Shown: positions 29,852 through 40,078 of the stretch, piece after piece
Position numbering within the stretch: the stretch's first letter is position 1
Layout of the letters: each line of letters opens with the position of its first letter
DNA from: a virus
Length of the DNA: 64,000 bases
Direction: 5' to 3' (one strand)
IMG/VR virus record: IMGVR_UViG_3300044959_000237
Span: 47,269-111,268 of that record
Notes under the pieces: model-generated
What the model saw: only the letters and a program-made list of their open reading frames with translations
What the model was told of the DNA's origin: nothing
The model's database searches: none
Made by a program: the position numbers and the translations under genes

Positions 29852-30667
29852 ATGGAAATACACCTGAGCGATTTGAAAAATTTCCACGAAGTAAAAAAAT
29901 TCGATGCTTGTATTGTAAAAAGTTTGGGTATTGGAAAATTCTTCTTCTATGATTTGAAAAATCCGTCATTCTATCATGAAATAACTTCGAACGAAAAATC
30001 TTTGGAAAGTGAAAACAATCTGATTCCGGTAAATGTTCAGAATCCTGATTCTCCGGTTTATTTTTTCTTCATGAAAAGAAATGAAAATTTCACTTATGGA
30101 TATTACGAGGGAAATGAACACTCCCAGAACATAATTCACAATCTTGGAAAAGATCCTTCTTTTATCATGATAAAACCTGTAACATACAGAAGTGATGTTA
30201 TTACATGGTTCAATGGATTATGGTACGACAATTATATGATTTTGAATGGTTTCGATACCATGAGACAATCGAATTCCATATGGAGAGAAAGTTTTCCAAA
30301 CAAAATTTCTTTTCTTATTGGAAGAAACGATCTTGTGAACAAAAATAATGAAAAATATTTGTATCTTGTATTTGCCGATGGAAAACATTTTTCTTGCAAA
30401 AAATATGTCGGTAATGGCAAAAACACGATTTTGGAGAAGGAGAACTGGAAACTTGCATTGATTCGCAATATTTCTTCTGTTGCAAACTGGATATTGATAG
30501 TCAATGATGACAATCGAAACAATCTTTTTCGTTTCAATTTACCAAATCCATACAGTGGAATAAAAAATTCCACATTTGAAAAAAGCCGGGATACATTGAT
30601 AATAAAAAGTGACGCTCATTCTCTCAACAAAGAAAATCATCAATATTATTGCTTCATGTTTTCGTAA
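29852..30667 (+). CDS. Probable virion/tail-fibre-associated protein (DUF7483-like)
   Basis: YEGN...IIHNLGKDPSFIMIK and KYVGNG repeats; late-type GATAAATA at 29809-29816. Confidence 0.55.
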   Translation: MEIHLSDLKNFHEVKKFDACIVKSLGIGKFFFYDLKNPSFYHEITSNEKSLESENNLIPVNVQNPDSPVYFFFMKRNENFTYGYYEGNEHSQNIIHNLGKDPSFIMIKPVTYRSDVITWFNGLWYDNYMILNGFDTMRQSNSIWRESFPNKISFLIGRNDLVNKNNEKYLYLVFADGKHFSCKKYVGNGKNTILEKENWKLALIRNISSVANWILIVNDDNRNNLFRFNLPNPYSGIKNSTFEKSRDTLIIKSDAHSLNKENHQYYCFMFS

Positions 30668-30682
30668 AATCAACTTGGATAT

Positions 30683-33600
30683 CTATGCAAACAATTCAGG
30701 AAAATAATTTTCGATGTTTTTCTGTCTGACAATTCCATAACCCCTTACTTTCTCGATTCTGTCCATGTCTTTGTTCAACTCTTCCAAATTCAACTTTCCT
30801 ATCAGATTCTTGTCCAAAATATCAAGAGCATAATTTCGATATCTTTTATCGAGATCGTGTGTCGAATCCATGAATTCTGCAATTCCTGTCATGAAGTCGA
30901 AACCGGAAATCATTTTGAACAAAGGATAAACTATCAGTCCATTGATGAATGTCTTGAGTTCCTTTTTTCTGTTCCAAGGAAGCATTATGCCTATTTTCAC
31001 ATTCGAAAGCACTCGAATTTTGTCCATCAGATTCATGTTTTTCTCGAAAAGTGTGTTTTCTATGTAATTTATCCACAATTTGGATACTTCTTTCTCGTTC
31101 TTGACATAGAGAAGATCGAAATAAGACTTCAAAATTCTTCTTTTTATTTTATTTTCATGATTTTCATTTTCGAATTTCATTTTTTCGAGTATATTGTAAA
31201 TTTCCTGCAATTTTTTTCTTTCTTTCGAATTCAATTTATCGATGTAAAGCTCGTAAAGATCTGAAATGGTCATTTCTTTTTCTTCGAAATCGAATGAATT
31301 TTTTCTCAAAAATTTGCCAAGTTTCAGTATTTCGATGTTTTTTTCAGCTTCGTTTCGGGAAAAATTGACTTTTATGCTTTTTATTACACTTTCCTCACTG
31401 AGAGGAAGATCTTCCAATGAAGAACCAAGCAACAGAATGTTCAAAAAAGATTTTATTTCGTATTTTTTGGCAAATTTCATGAAATCGAAAGAAAATCCAT
31501 TTTTCTTTCGTTTTATGTACTGTCTCATTTCATCGATCATCTGTTCGACATTTTTTCCATGAACAATTTCTGGCATATTGTAGTAACCAAGATTTACCAC
31601 AAATTTCTTTATGTCATTTTCGAAAAATTTACCATAAGAACAGTAAAGATCACATCCAATGACAAGATCGTAAACCGAATCGGAAACACAGGAATTTGTT
31701 TCTTTGTTGAAAATCGAGATTCTGCCGGTAACTTCTCCGAATCTTTGTGCCAACCCGGTTTGATCCATGGCTTTCACTTTGAATCCATCGAAAACGGCTG
31801 CATCACAGATGATTTTCGTCAGAGTACTGATACCAGTTCCGCCAATACCAACTGTCAATATGTCGAAAGGTTTATCGATGTCATTTTTGTTTTTGATTGA
31901 CAAATTATCTTCAATTTTTGGAAGCTCGATTCGTGATTTTCGATTGTTGTTTTCAATTATGGCAAAACTCGGGCAATGTCCTTCCAGACAACTGGTGTCC
32001 AAGTTACAGGAACTTTCATCGATTTTTCTTTTATTTCCAAAAGGAGTATTTTCGACTTCTATGGCCAGACAATTGGATTTTCTGGAACAATCACCACAAG
32101 CATCACATATTTCGGAATTTATCATCACGGAAAAGTTTTCTTTTTTCAAAAGACCTCTTTTTTGTTTTCTTCTTTTTTCCGTAGCACACATCTGATCATA
32201 TATTATTACCGAAACACCATCGATTTCTTTGGCTTTTTTCATTGCTTCATTCATTTTTTCCTTTGGAAGAATTTCAACTTCCGACGGAAAATTTGCCCAA
32301 TTGTTTTCTCGAAAATAGTGACTTACCAAATATATTTTTTCGACTTTTTCTGCCAGAAGCTGTTTTGTCAAATTCAACAAAGACAATTCACCATCCAATG
32401 GTTGTCCTCCCGTCATTGCAACGGCTTGATTGTACAATATTTTGTAAGTGATTTTTGTTCTGGCTGCTACGGCGGCTCTTATGGCAAGTATTCCGCTATG
32501 AAAATAGGTACCATCTCCCAAATTTACAAAAATATGATCTCTTTTTGAAAATTTGGACGCAGATATCCAATTTACTCCTTCTGCTCCCATCGGACATACG
32601 GTTATTGTCGGCCTGTCCGGCATGAAATTGGCAAGATAATGACAACCTATTCCCAAAACAGCCATATCACCATTCAAAAGTTTTGTTCCGGTATTATGAG
32701 GACAACCGCCACAATAATAAGGGGTTCTTTTGATCTGTTTCGAAATTTCCGATATTTGTTCGACATTTTCGATAATGTTCGAATTTTTTTCGAATGATGA
32801 ATCTCTCAGATATTTTTTTATATCTCTGGTTTTCATATCCATCAAGGGAGAAACCAGATTCTTTCCGAAAATTCGAATTCTGATGAAATTTTCATTCAGA
32901 AATTTGTGTAAAAACAGCTCGAAAACTCCGCTTTTTTCTTCCAAAATCAATATTTCTTCTTTGTTTTTCAGAAATTCTTCCAATTTTTTCTTTTCCAACG
33001 GCCAAATACAACCAATTTTCAGCAGATCGAAATTCATTTTACTCGAATCGTAATTGTAAATTTTCATCAAATTGTGAAAAACTTTTCCTACGACAATAAC
33101 TCCTTTTCTGTTGTTTTCATTTTTTATTATTGTGTTTATTTCATTGCATTCCAAATATTTTTGCATTGCATGAATTTTCTGCTCGTGAATTCTTTTTTCT
33201 TGCTCCGGACCACTGTCTGGCCAACGTATCGAAACATCGAAGATTTCTCTTGGAACAAAGGGACGAAAAGATTTCAATTTTTCGAAATTTACCGTTTCAT
33301 AAGCATCTGCCAGATCACTCACGATTTTCAATGCGATCCAAGATCCTGAATAACGACTCAATTCGACTGCGTGAATTAGAAATTCTGATATTTCCTCTAC
33401 ACATGAAGGTGCCAGAACAGGAACATACCAAGATACCAGCGTCAAAGTAGTTTCATGTGGCATTGTACTGCTTTTACAATTATGATCGTCACCACATAAA
33501 AGAACAACACCACCTTTAGGTGAACTTCCGGCAAAATTGAAATGATGAATATGATCGCCGGATCTGTCGACACCCGGACCTTTTCCATACCATATTCCTA

Positions 33601-33910
33601 CAACTCCATCAGCATATTCTTCTTTTGCAGGACCGAACAATTTGTAATTTTGTGTGCCGGCGATTACGGCGCAAGCCAGTTCTTCATTCAATCCGGCATG
33701 AAAATATATCTTGTTTTCATTGAGAATTTTTTCTTTGAATTTTATTTCCTTGTCAAGTGAACTCAAAGGACTGCCTCGATATCCACAAAACAATGTGGCG
33801 GTTTTGTAATTTTTCTCTTCATCCAATTTTCTTTGTAACAAAGAACCGAGTATGATCGATTGCAGTCCTGTCAAATTTTTTTCTTTATCATCGAACCAAA
33901 AAAAATTCAT
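30683..33910 (-). CDS. Indolepyruvate ferredoxin oxidoreductase family protein (fused alpha/beta type)
   Basis: GYRGSPL, GLNEELA, WYGKGPGVDRSGD, GDDHNCKSST, CGGCPHN, TPP motif GDGTYFHSG..YNQAVAMTGGQ, ferredoxin CDACGDC, GIGGTG, TGLAQR. Confidence 0.93.
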   Translation of the reverse strand: MNFFWFDDKEKNLTGLQSIILGSLLQRKLDEEKNYKTATLFCGYRGSPLSSLDKEIKFKEKILNENKIYFHAGLNEELACAVIAGTQNYKLFGPAKEEYADGVVGIWYGKGPGVDRSGDHIHHFNFAGSSPKGGVVLLCGDDHNCKSSTMPHETTLTLVSWYVPVLAPSCVEEISEFLIHAVELSRYSGSWIALKIVSDLADAYETVNFEKLKSFRPFVPREIFDVSIRWPDSGPEQEKRIHEQKIHAMQKYLECNEINTIIKNENNRKGVIVVGKVFHNLMKIYNYDSSKMNFDLLKIGCIWPLEKKKLEEFLKNKEEILILEEKSGVFELFLHKFLNENFIRIRIFGKNLVSPLMDMKTRDIKKYLRDSSFEKNSNIIENVEQISEISKQIKRTPYYCGGCPHNTGTKLLNGDMAVLGIGCHYLANFMPDRPTITVCPMGAEGVNWISASKFSKRDHIFVNLGDGTYFHSGILAIRAAVAARTKITYKILYNQAVAMTGGQPLDGELSLLNLTKQLLAEKVEKIYLVSHYFRENNWANFPSEVEILPKEKMNEAMKKAKEIDGVSVIIYDQMCATEKRRKQKRGLLKKENFSVMINSEICDACGDCSRKSNCLAIEVENTPFGNKRKIDESSCNLDTSCLEGHCPSFAIIENNNRKSRIELPKIEDNLSIKNKNDIDKPFDILTVGIGGTGISTLTKIICDAAVFDGFKVKAMDQTGLAQRFGEVTGRISIFNKETNSCVSDSVYDLVIGCDLYCSYGKFFENDIKKFVVNLGYYNMPEIVHGKNVEQMIDEMRQYIKRKKNGFSFDFMKFAKKYEIKSFLNILLLGSSLEDLPLSEESVIKSIKVNFSRNEAEKNIEILKLGKFLRKNSFDFEEKEMTISDLYELYIDKLNSKERKKLQEIYNILEKMKFENENHENKIKRRILKSYFDLLYVKNEKEVSKLWINYIENTLFEKNMNLMDKIRVLSNVKIGIMLPWNRKKELKTFINGLIVYPLFKMISGFDFMTGIAEFMDSTHDLDKRYRNYALDILDKNLIGKLNLEELNKDMDRIEKVRGYGIVRQKNIENYFPELFA

Positions 33911-33938
33911 CGTCGAGTTTCCTTGCTTTATTGAAAAC

Positions 33939-34700
33939 TCAAGATTTTTTCGCTGGTAATATGAAACTCCAATTCGTGGTTTCACTCTCGTGATATATTT
34001 CCATTGCACCGATTTGTACGATCTTGATAATTACTTTTTTATTCTTGTTTTTGTTTCCTGAAAAACAAAGTTTCATCGTGCTCAAAAATTCTACCAAAGG
34101 CCAGTACAACGGTTCATCGAACTCTACATTTACGGTAGCAAAAGAATATTCGACACCATGCAAAAGATTGGTGTTTTTTCCTCCTATGGAAAAAATCAAA
34201 TCATTTTCTTTCGTAAATGCAGAAAATCTTTTTTCGACAGAAGGAAAAATTGCTGCAAAACTCGAAAAATCATCGAATTTGTTTTCATCGACTTCGAGAA
34301 TTATATCCCAATTCGGTTCTTTGAATTTCGGTTGATTTGTTATTATATCAGGATGCATGAAACGATATACTGCATTGACTTTTCCATTTTCCGAATGAAA
34401 ATGCAATTCCGTAGGAATTTTATTTTTCTTGCCTTTTTCGTTTTCACTGATCAATTCGATTTCCGTGTTCAGAAAAACAGGGTGTCTTATCAGACCTTTC
34501 AACAAATTCAGATTTTTCAATCCAATTGCCGAAGAAAATTCCGGTATCGATTCTTTCGATTTTGCTTTGAGTACTATGGTTCTCGTATCGTTCATACATT
34601 CGATTTTGATGCCATTCTCTTCTGGAGTCAAAAGAACTTCGTCGGTTACGGGACTTACATAAGTAACAATATCTTCTAGAAATTTTCTTAATTGCATCAT
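33939..34700 (-). CDS. DNA polymerase sliding clamp, gp45-like
   Basis: 253 aa, IGLKNLNLL, YRFM, C-terminal FILPAK; adjacent to the polymerase. Confidence 0.75.
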   Translation of the reverse strand: MMQLRKFLEDIVTYVSPVTDEVLLTPEENGIKIECMNDTRTIVLKAKSKESIPEFSSAIGLKNLNLLKGLIRHPVFLNTEIELISENEKGKKNKIPTELHFHSENGKVNAVYRFMHPDIITNQPKFKEPNWDIILEVDENKFDDFSSFAAIFPSVEKRFSAFTKENDLIFSIGGKNTNLLHGVEYSFATVNVEFDEPLYWPLVEFLSTMKLCFSGNKNKNKKVIIKIVQIGAMEIYHESETTNWSFILPAKKS

Positions 34701-34731
34701 GATCTCCCTTGTTCTTCTAAATCGATTTCAT

Positions 34732-34760
34732 ATTCTATTTTCATATGGAAAAAAAATCAA
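34732..34760 (-). promoter_or_regulatory. sigma70-type promoter for clamp-IOR
   Basis: TTGATT-17-TAGAAT. Confidence 0.6.
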
Positions 34761-34761
34761 A

Positions 34762-36576
34762 TTAAAATTCGAACAATTCCGACAATTCCGTATTGTCCAA
34801 TATCGGATCGATGTTCCAATCTTCCAGAGCAGAGAAAAGATTTTTCAGCTTTTTGTTTACAATCGTGTTTTCCATTTCATCGGTATCCACTTGAAAATTT
34901 TTCAACCATTCCGGTAAATGTTCGATATCGAATGGCAAAGCCAGACTTTTGATGTCATGAACATTCTTTTTAAGAAAGAAAACCAGCACTTTTGCTCCAT
35001 CGACAATCTGTGAGGAAACATAGTCCCTGTAATATTTTTTCATTTCGTTCCAATTTATGGATGCCATGACATGTCCCGGTATTCTCGGTGATTTCAATTG
35101 ATCTATGTATTTTTTCAATTTGATTTTTTCTTTTTTGTCAATTGTGTTTTTCAGAAGTTTTTCATATTCGTGGATCACTTTTTCATCTTTGGATTCTTCG
35201 TACAGTTTCGTGTAAAATTCGAGTTTGTTGACTTTTTTTGGATATCCTTTCTGCCAATCCGGCATTTTTCTGAAATCTTTTTTGAATTTTTTGATTTTCG
35301 AAAAAATATGATTCTTGTCTTTATTGGACAAAATATCATAGAGAAGTTCTTCCAGAAACTTTTGTACAAAAATTGGTGTATCGGAACGTTTCAGTTCCAA
35401 ACCCATGGCCTTGATTTCACCCAATTTACCATTTTTGTCCAATCTTTTTCCTTCTTTGTCGAAACATAACAGGGCATATCTCTTTTTTGTAATAAAATAA
35501 CCTTTGGATGCCACAATTTCTCTTGCTGCCCTTATGTTTGCAAATTCTTCCCTGACATTGAACTCGTTTTTCATGAATTCGTTGAAAGATTCGTTTACAA
35601 GTTGAGCAACTTCATCGTAAAGTTTTATCGAATTTTCTTTGGTCCATTCGATATCCGAAAATTCTTTCAAATGATAAGCACTGAAATAAGAAGAATTGTG
35701 AACCAGAATTCTGTTTGCAAAAAACCACGGCATCTTTTTACTGATACCAATATCGTACACATGATTGTATTCTTTTCCCAACATTACAACACTTTCGAGA
35801 TACGTTTCCTGAATATCACCGGAATAATCTACTATCAAAATGGGTTTTTCTGACATTTTTTTGAATTTTTTTTCGTCGAGAAGAATTTTCGGACTGAATT
35901 TAATCAGTCTGTTGTTTTTTTTATTCCAATATAAAAGACTGTGATCTTCCGTAACTTTTACGGTATTTCCGCTGAGTAATTTTATTTGATAGATTTCCTT
36001 GTCTACATAATGTCGATATATATAATCGAATCCTGTTTCTGTCATGAAACAATTCTTTTTATCGAAACTGGCTACTTTCAGAAAATCGGAGCAGGCATAT
36101 TCCTTGTTTTTCGAAAAATATTTTTTCTCACAAAGATCGAAAAGATCTTTTATATCTATTTCACCGACATTGGTTATGATTTTGGTATCTTCCGTAACAC
36201 TGTCCGTATCTCCATACAATATTGCTTTTCCTTCGTGATCGTACTCTCCGGTCAGAATTTCGTTTATTTTTGCATTCATGTGTTTGGTAATACATCTTCC
36301 GGTCATTGTCACACTTTGTCCGATTCTGTTATCGGCAAATTTCATATGTTGATTCAACAATGATCCATAAACGGAATTGAGTAGAATTTTCGTAGCATAT
36401 TGACGAAAATCGAAGTTTTCTGCCAGAATTCTGGTTTGATTTCTGTTTTTGCTCAAAAGTTTGCCATCTTTTATTTCAAGATTGTACTTTTTCATGATTT
36501 CGCTCAGTTTTTTCAAATCTTTTTCTTTTATGATTTCTTCGATATTCAATATATCTTCGTAACTTTCGAGATTCAT
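34762..36576 (-). CDS. Family B DNA polymerase, C-terminal subunit (intein-containing)
   Basis: KILLNSVYG, YGDTDS, KKRYA, GLELKRSDTP; ATG 36576 overlaps the N-subunit TGA (ATGA) with GGAG SD. Confidence 0.93.
   Translation of the reverse strand: MNLESYEDILNIEEIIKEKDLKKLSEIMKKYNLEIKDGKLLSKNRNQTRILAENFDFRQYATKILLNSVYGSLLNQHMKFADNRIGQSVTMTGRCITKHMNAKINEILTGEYDHEGKAILYGDTDSVTEDTKIITNVGEIDIKDLFDLCEKKYFSKNKEYACSDFLKVASFDKKNCFMTETGFDYIYRHYVDKEIYQIKLLSGNTVKVTEDHSLLYWNKKNNRLIKFSPKILLDEKKFKKMSEKPILIVDYSGDIQETYLESVVMLGKEYNHVYDIGISKKMPWFFANRILVHNSSYFSAYHLKEFSDIEWTKENSIKLYDEVAQLVNESFNEFMKNEFNVREEFANIRAAREIVASKGYFITKKRYALLCFDKEGKRLDKNGKLGEIKAMGLELKRSDTPIFVQKFLEELLYDILSNKDKNHIFSKIKKFKKDFRKMPDWQKGYPKKVNKLEFYTKLYEESKDEKVIHEYEKLLKNTIDKKEKIKLKKYIDQLKSPRIPGHVMASINWNEMKKYYRDYVSSQIVDGAKVLVFFLKKNVHDIKSLALPFDIEHLPEWLKNFQVDTDEMENTIVNKKLKNLFSALEDWNIDPILDNTELSELFEF
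35695..36201 (-). mobile_element. Mini-intein (169 aa, no homing endonuclease) at the YGDTD/S site of PolB
   Basis: Starts with Ser after YGDTD, block B VTEDHSL, block F VYDI, ends FANRILVHN then Ser+1. Confidence 0.93.
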
Positions 36577-38294
36577 TGTTTCATCTTCTCCAAAATTTCT
36601 TCCGGTAACTCGAAACCGTCTTCGGACAGTTTGAAAAATATTTTTGCCAATCTCTGTAACTTTTTTCGATTTGTGAACCATTCTTCGAGAAGTATCGGAA
36701 CAAGTCCTTTTTTATCCATGATGAATATGGTTCCATTTGCACTCAAACTCAGATCTTTTCCACCAAAGATCATTTCGTATATTTCTTTTGCTTTCAATTC
36801 GTAAATTTCTTTTGTATCGTTCATTTCAAGTTGCAGAATATCATCTGTCTGTAACATGATCATGTTATATTCCAGTATTCCGAACAGATCGTGCATTGCT
36901 TCCGATGCGGTTTTGCATCCTTCTTTTATTTTGTTGAGAATGAAATTATTTGTATATGTAGGCAAAACCTGAGCAAATATCTTTTCCGGACTCATATTCA
37001 AGCTTCTGATGATCGAAGGATAAAGAGAGTTTATATCCACGCTTCCGACAAAATCATGCAGACCTTTTTTCGGATATATGACAAAAGCGCCGGCAACACT
37101 TTCATCTTTATCTTCGTTTTCACTTTCATTTTCGTCTTCGTTTTCTTCACTATCATTCGAAACAATTCGATTTGTAAAATTGACTTTTTCCCAATGATGA
37201 ATGAAATCTTTGTCCGGACATACCATTTTCAAATCGTGAGATTTTAACGTCAAAGCTTGTTCGATCAAAGAGATGCTGCCAAGAGTAGTGGGAAGTGTCA
37301 CACAGTTGAGATGAGAAACGATGTTACTCAATTCGAGATATTTTTTCTTCTGATCTATTTTGTAAAGAATCATGACGTCCTGTTTGGAATATTCGATGAA
37401 TTTTCTGAAATCGTTCCTGTACAAATCATCCAATGTTCCTTTGTATGCTACCTTCTTTTCACCAATTTCCTTTTCTCCTATGAAATCCAGTTTGTAACTT
37501 GGAACTTCTGACAATGAATGTTTCATGTACAATTCGAGATAATCCATATGATGTCTTCCAGACAACTCATAGGTAAGAAAATCTTTGTTGAATTGTGTAA
37601 ATATTCTTCTTTTCGGAGGAGGAAAATTTTCCAGACAAAGTCTTTTTATTTCATTTTCTCCTAATATTATTTTCGTTCTCTCCACAATATAAGGAATATC
37701 GTATTTTTTCGAATTCCAACCGGTCAAAACATCAACATCTTGTATATATTTCAAAAATTCGTCGAGTAAGTTTTCTTCATTGTCGAATATGAAAACATCT
37801 TCCAATCCTTCAAGTTCCTTTTCTGCCTGTTTCCTGTTCATTGTTTTTGGATACAAAGTAAATGTCATATTATGTTTTTCATATGTTGTATATATTGAAA
37901 TTGTACATATTCGGTTCGTAGGTTTTTCCGGAACGGCAAAACCTCCATTTTCCAAATCGAATTCGACTTCGATATCGAAAAATCCTATATTCAATTCAGG
38001 AAGCTCGGAATTTCTGTAATATTTCTCCAAAATTTTGTTTTCAATTGAAATATCACTTTCAAATGTTCGTATTCCATTCTGTCTTGTTTTTTTCAATTCG
38101 AAATAGAACTTTTTGAGATCCTTGAACTCCTTTTTTTTGGCTTTTGTTCCAAAAAGAGTATTGTACATTCCATTGTCGTCTTCATAGTAGAATTCCAAAA
38201 CAGGATCGTATGTTTTTACAATTCGTTTTCTGTTTTTTCTTTCAGAAACGAAAACCTTGTTTTTTTCTTTGTCATAATGAACATCTACATACAT
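36573..38294 (-). CDS. Family B DNA polymerase, N-terminal subunit (exonuclease + region II)
   Basis: FFDIEV, TGWNSKKYDIPY, SYKLD, YSKQD, DINSLYPS; ends within the fingers domain. Confidence 0.93.
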   Translation of the reverse strand: MYVDVHYDKEKNKVFVSERKNRKRIVKTYDPVLEFYYEDDNGMYNTLFGTKAKKKEFKDLKKFYFELKKTRQNGIRTFESDISIENKILEKYYRNSELPELNIGFFDIEVEFDLENGGFAVPEKPTNRICTISIYTTYEKHNMTFTLYPKTMNRKQAEKELEGLEDVFIFDNEENLLDEFLKYIQDVDVLTGWNSKKYDIPYIVERTKIILGENEIKRLCLENFPPPKRRIFTQFNKDFLTYELSGRHHMDYLELYMKHSLSEVPSYKLDFIGEKEIGEKKVAYKGTLDDLYRNDFRKFIEYSKQDVMILYKIDQKKKYLELSNIVSHLNCVTLPTTLGSISLIEQALTLKSHDLKMVCPDKDFIHHWEKVNFTNRIVSNDSEENEDENESENEDKDESVAGAFVIYPKKGLHDFVGSVDINSLYPSIIRSLNMSPEKIFAQVLPTYTNNFILNKIKEGCKTASEAMHDLFGILEYNMIMLQTDDILQLEMNDTKEIYELKAKEIYEMIFGGKDLSLSANGTIFIMDKKGLVPILLEEWFTNRKKLQRLAKIFFKLSEDGFELPEEILEKMKQ

Positions 38295-38346
38295 GATTTT
38301 TTACCGATATTTCTTTAAACCGAGAATCGATTTTTTCTACTTGTGT

Positions 38347-38375
38347 ATTATATTTTTCACAAAACGGAAAATCAA
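38347..38375 (-). promoter_or_regulatory. sigma70-type promoter for the DNA polymerase
   Basis: TTGATT-17-TATAAT. Confidence 0.7.
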
Positions 38376-38384
38376 TAAAGGAAC

Positions 38385-38415
38385 AATTGAACTTCATTGA
38401 AATTGAAGTTCAATT
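38385..38415. terminator. Terminator-like hairpin after spoVR
   Basis: AATTGAACTTCA / TGAAGTTCAATT 12-bp stem. Confidence 0.55.
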
Positions 38416-38492
38416 TTCGAAATTTTTCGAAAATTTTTTCGAAAATTCAATAATTGAAAAATTGATTTTTTTTTTTGAAAATCTTGAAATTT

Positions 38493-39998
38493 CTAGGAAA
38501 TTTTCTTTCTTTTTTTCACAACATCGTTTTCATCTACGAAAATTATTTCGATAGGAAATCCCCACAAATCTTTCAAATTGGATAATGCCATGTAACTTTC
38601 TTTGCTCAAATCCATATTATTGTACATATTGTATTGTAAGGTCATCACTCTGTCACCGACCAATTTGATATTTTTTACGAAAATATCGGGAAAAAACATG
38701 ATTGGTGAATAATTGTTTGCAAGAGTTTTTCTTATTTCTCTGTAACCTCTTTCATTGTGTATTTTTTCCACCAGATAACTGTTTTTGGAAGAATCATCAT
38801 GTATTTTTATCAATTTGTTGTCCCGAATGAACTTTGGTGTCAGAAACTGTTGAATAAAGCTATCATCGCGATAATTTTTTACTGTATTCAAAATGACATC
38901 TTTCCAATTTTTTCCAGTCAGATAAGGAAAATACTCCGAATCTTCTTCTGTAGGATTTTCACAAATTCTTTTTATTTCCATGAACATATGAAAACCAAGA
39001 TAGTAAGGATTGAAATTTGGATTCAAAACACCGAGATCTGGTTGATTTACAACCGCTGTATGCAAATCTATGAATTCCAACATCGAACCATCTGTAATGA
39101 GACCTTTTTCCCATAAACGATACATTATGTAATAATGAACGAAACAAGCGAAACCTTCATTCATTACTTTGGTAAGTATTTGAGGATAGAAATATTCTGC
39201 AATTTTTCTTACAATTCTTACAATTTCTTTCTGCCAATCTTTCAGAACAAGACTGTTTTTCTCTATAACATAAAGAATATTTTCTTCATCCAAATGTTTT
39301 GTAAACTTTTCTTCCAAATTTTCATTTTTGTTTTTTTCTTTTTCCTTTTTTATCATCCAATCGGTGGTTTTTTCCATGAAATGATCATAGTTTTCTTCCA
39401 AAAGTTTTATTTTTTGTTGTAAAATATAATGTTCTTTCTGAACATTTGTTTTTTTCTTTTTTATTTTGTTGATTCCCATGAACATGAGAGAATGGCATTT
39501 GTCCAACAATTCTTCTACTTCATCACCATATTTTTCTTCACACTTTCTAATGTAATCTTTTGCAAAAGTCAAATATTGCAAAATGAAATCCGCATGAGTC
39601 TGTTCTCTGAACAAATAATTGTTCTTGAAAAAATGATTGTGACCAAAAGCAGCATGAGCAATTACCAATAGTTGTGTCGTGGCGGTGTTGTTTTCCATCA
39701 GATAATTTATACAAGGATTGGAATTTATTACCATTTCGTATGCCAACGGCATACCTTTTCTGAATTCTTTCTGATGTACAAGAAACTTTTTACCAAATGA
39801 CCAGTGATTGTAAAATATTGGCATTCCATTGCTTGCATAAGCATCCAGCATTTGTTCACTGGTAACAATTTCTATTACGTTCGGATATGTATCCAGATTC
39901 AACTCTTCTTTAGCTATTTCTTCACATAGCTCCAATGATTTTTCTATAAACTCGAAATTCCACTCCGAACCGGTATAAAATGGTTTGTTTTTCGACAT
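38493..39998 (-). CDS. spoVR: SpoVR/YcgB family protein
   Basis: GMPIFYNHWSFGK, AYEMVINSNP, AHAAFGHNHFFKNN, TKVMNEGFA, FNPYYLG. Confidence 0.95.
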   Translation of the reverse strand: MSKNKPFYTGSEWNFEFIEKSLELCEEIAKEELNLDTYPNVIEIVTSEQMLDAYASNGMPIFYNHWSFGKKFLVHQKEFRKGMPLAYEMVINSNPCINYLMENNTATTQLLVIAHAAFGHNHFFKNNYLFREQTHADFILQYLTFAKDYIRKCEEKYGDEVEELLDKCHSLMFMGINKIKKKKTNVQKEHYILQQKIKLLEENYDHFMEKTTDWMIKKEKEKNKNENLEEKFTKHLDEENILYVIEKNSLVLKDWQKEIVRIVRKIAEYFYPQILTKVMNEGFACFVHYYIMYRLWEKGLITDGSMLEFIDLHTAVVNQPDLGVLNPNFNPYYLGFHMFMEIKRICENPTEEDSEYFPYLTGKNWKDVILNTVKNYRDDSFIQQFLTPKFIRDNKLIKIHDDSSKNSYLVEKIHNERGYREIRKTLANNYSPIMFFPDIFVKNIKLVGDRVMTLQYNMYNNMDLSKESYMALSNLKDLWGFPIEIIFVDENDVVKKRKKIS

Positions 39999-40022
39999 TT
40001 TACCTTACTTTTGCACATGAAA

Positions 40023-40045
40023 TATTTATCTATCTCATATAAATA
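40023..40045. promoter_or_regulatory. Back-to-back T4-type late promoters
   Basis: TATAAATA on + at 40038-40045 (lysozyme) and GATAAATA on - at 40023-40030 (spoVR). Confidence 0.7.
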
Positions 40046-40078
40046 ATTGTAGATAATTTTCAATGAAAGGTCAAAAAA

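Noticed and set aside
36573-36681. Programmed frameshift or pseudogene in PolB
   Set aside because: An ATGA stop/start overlap with a GGAG SD at a known split position explains it better; both halves are intact
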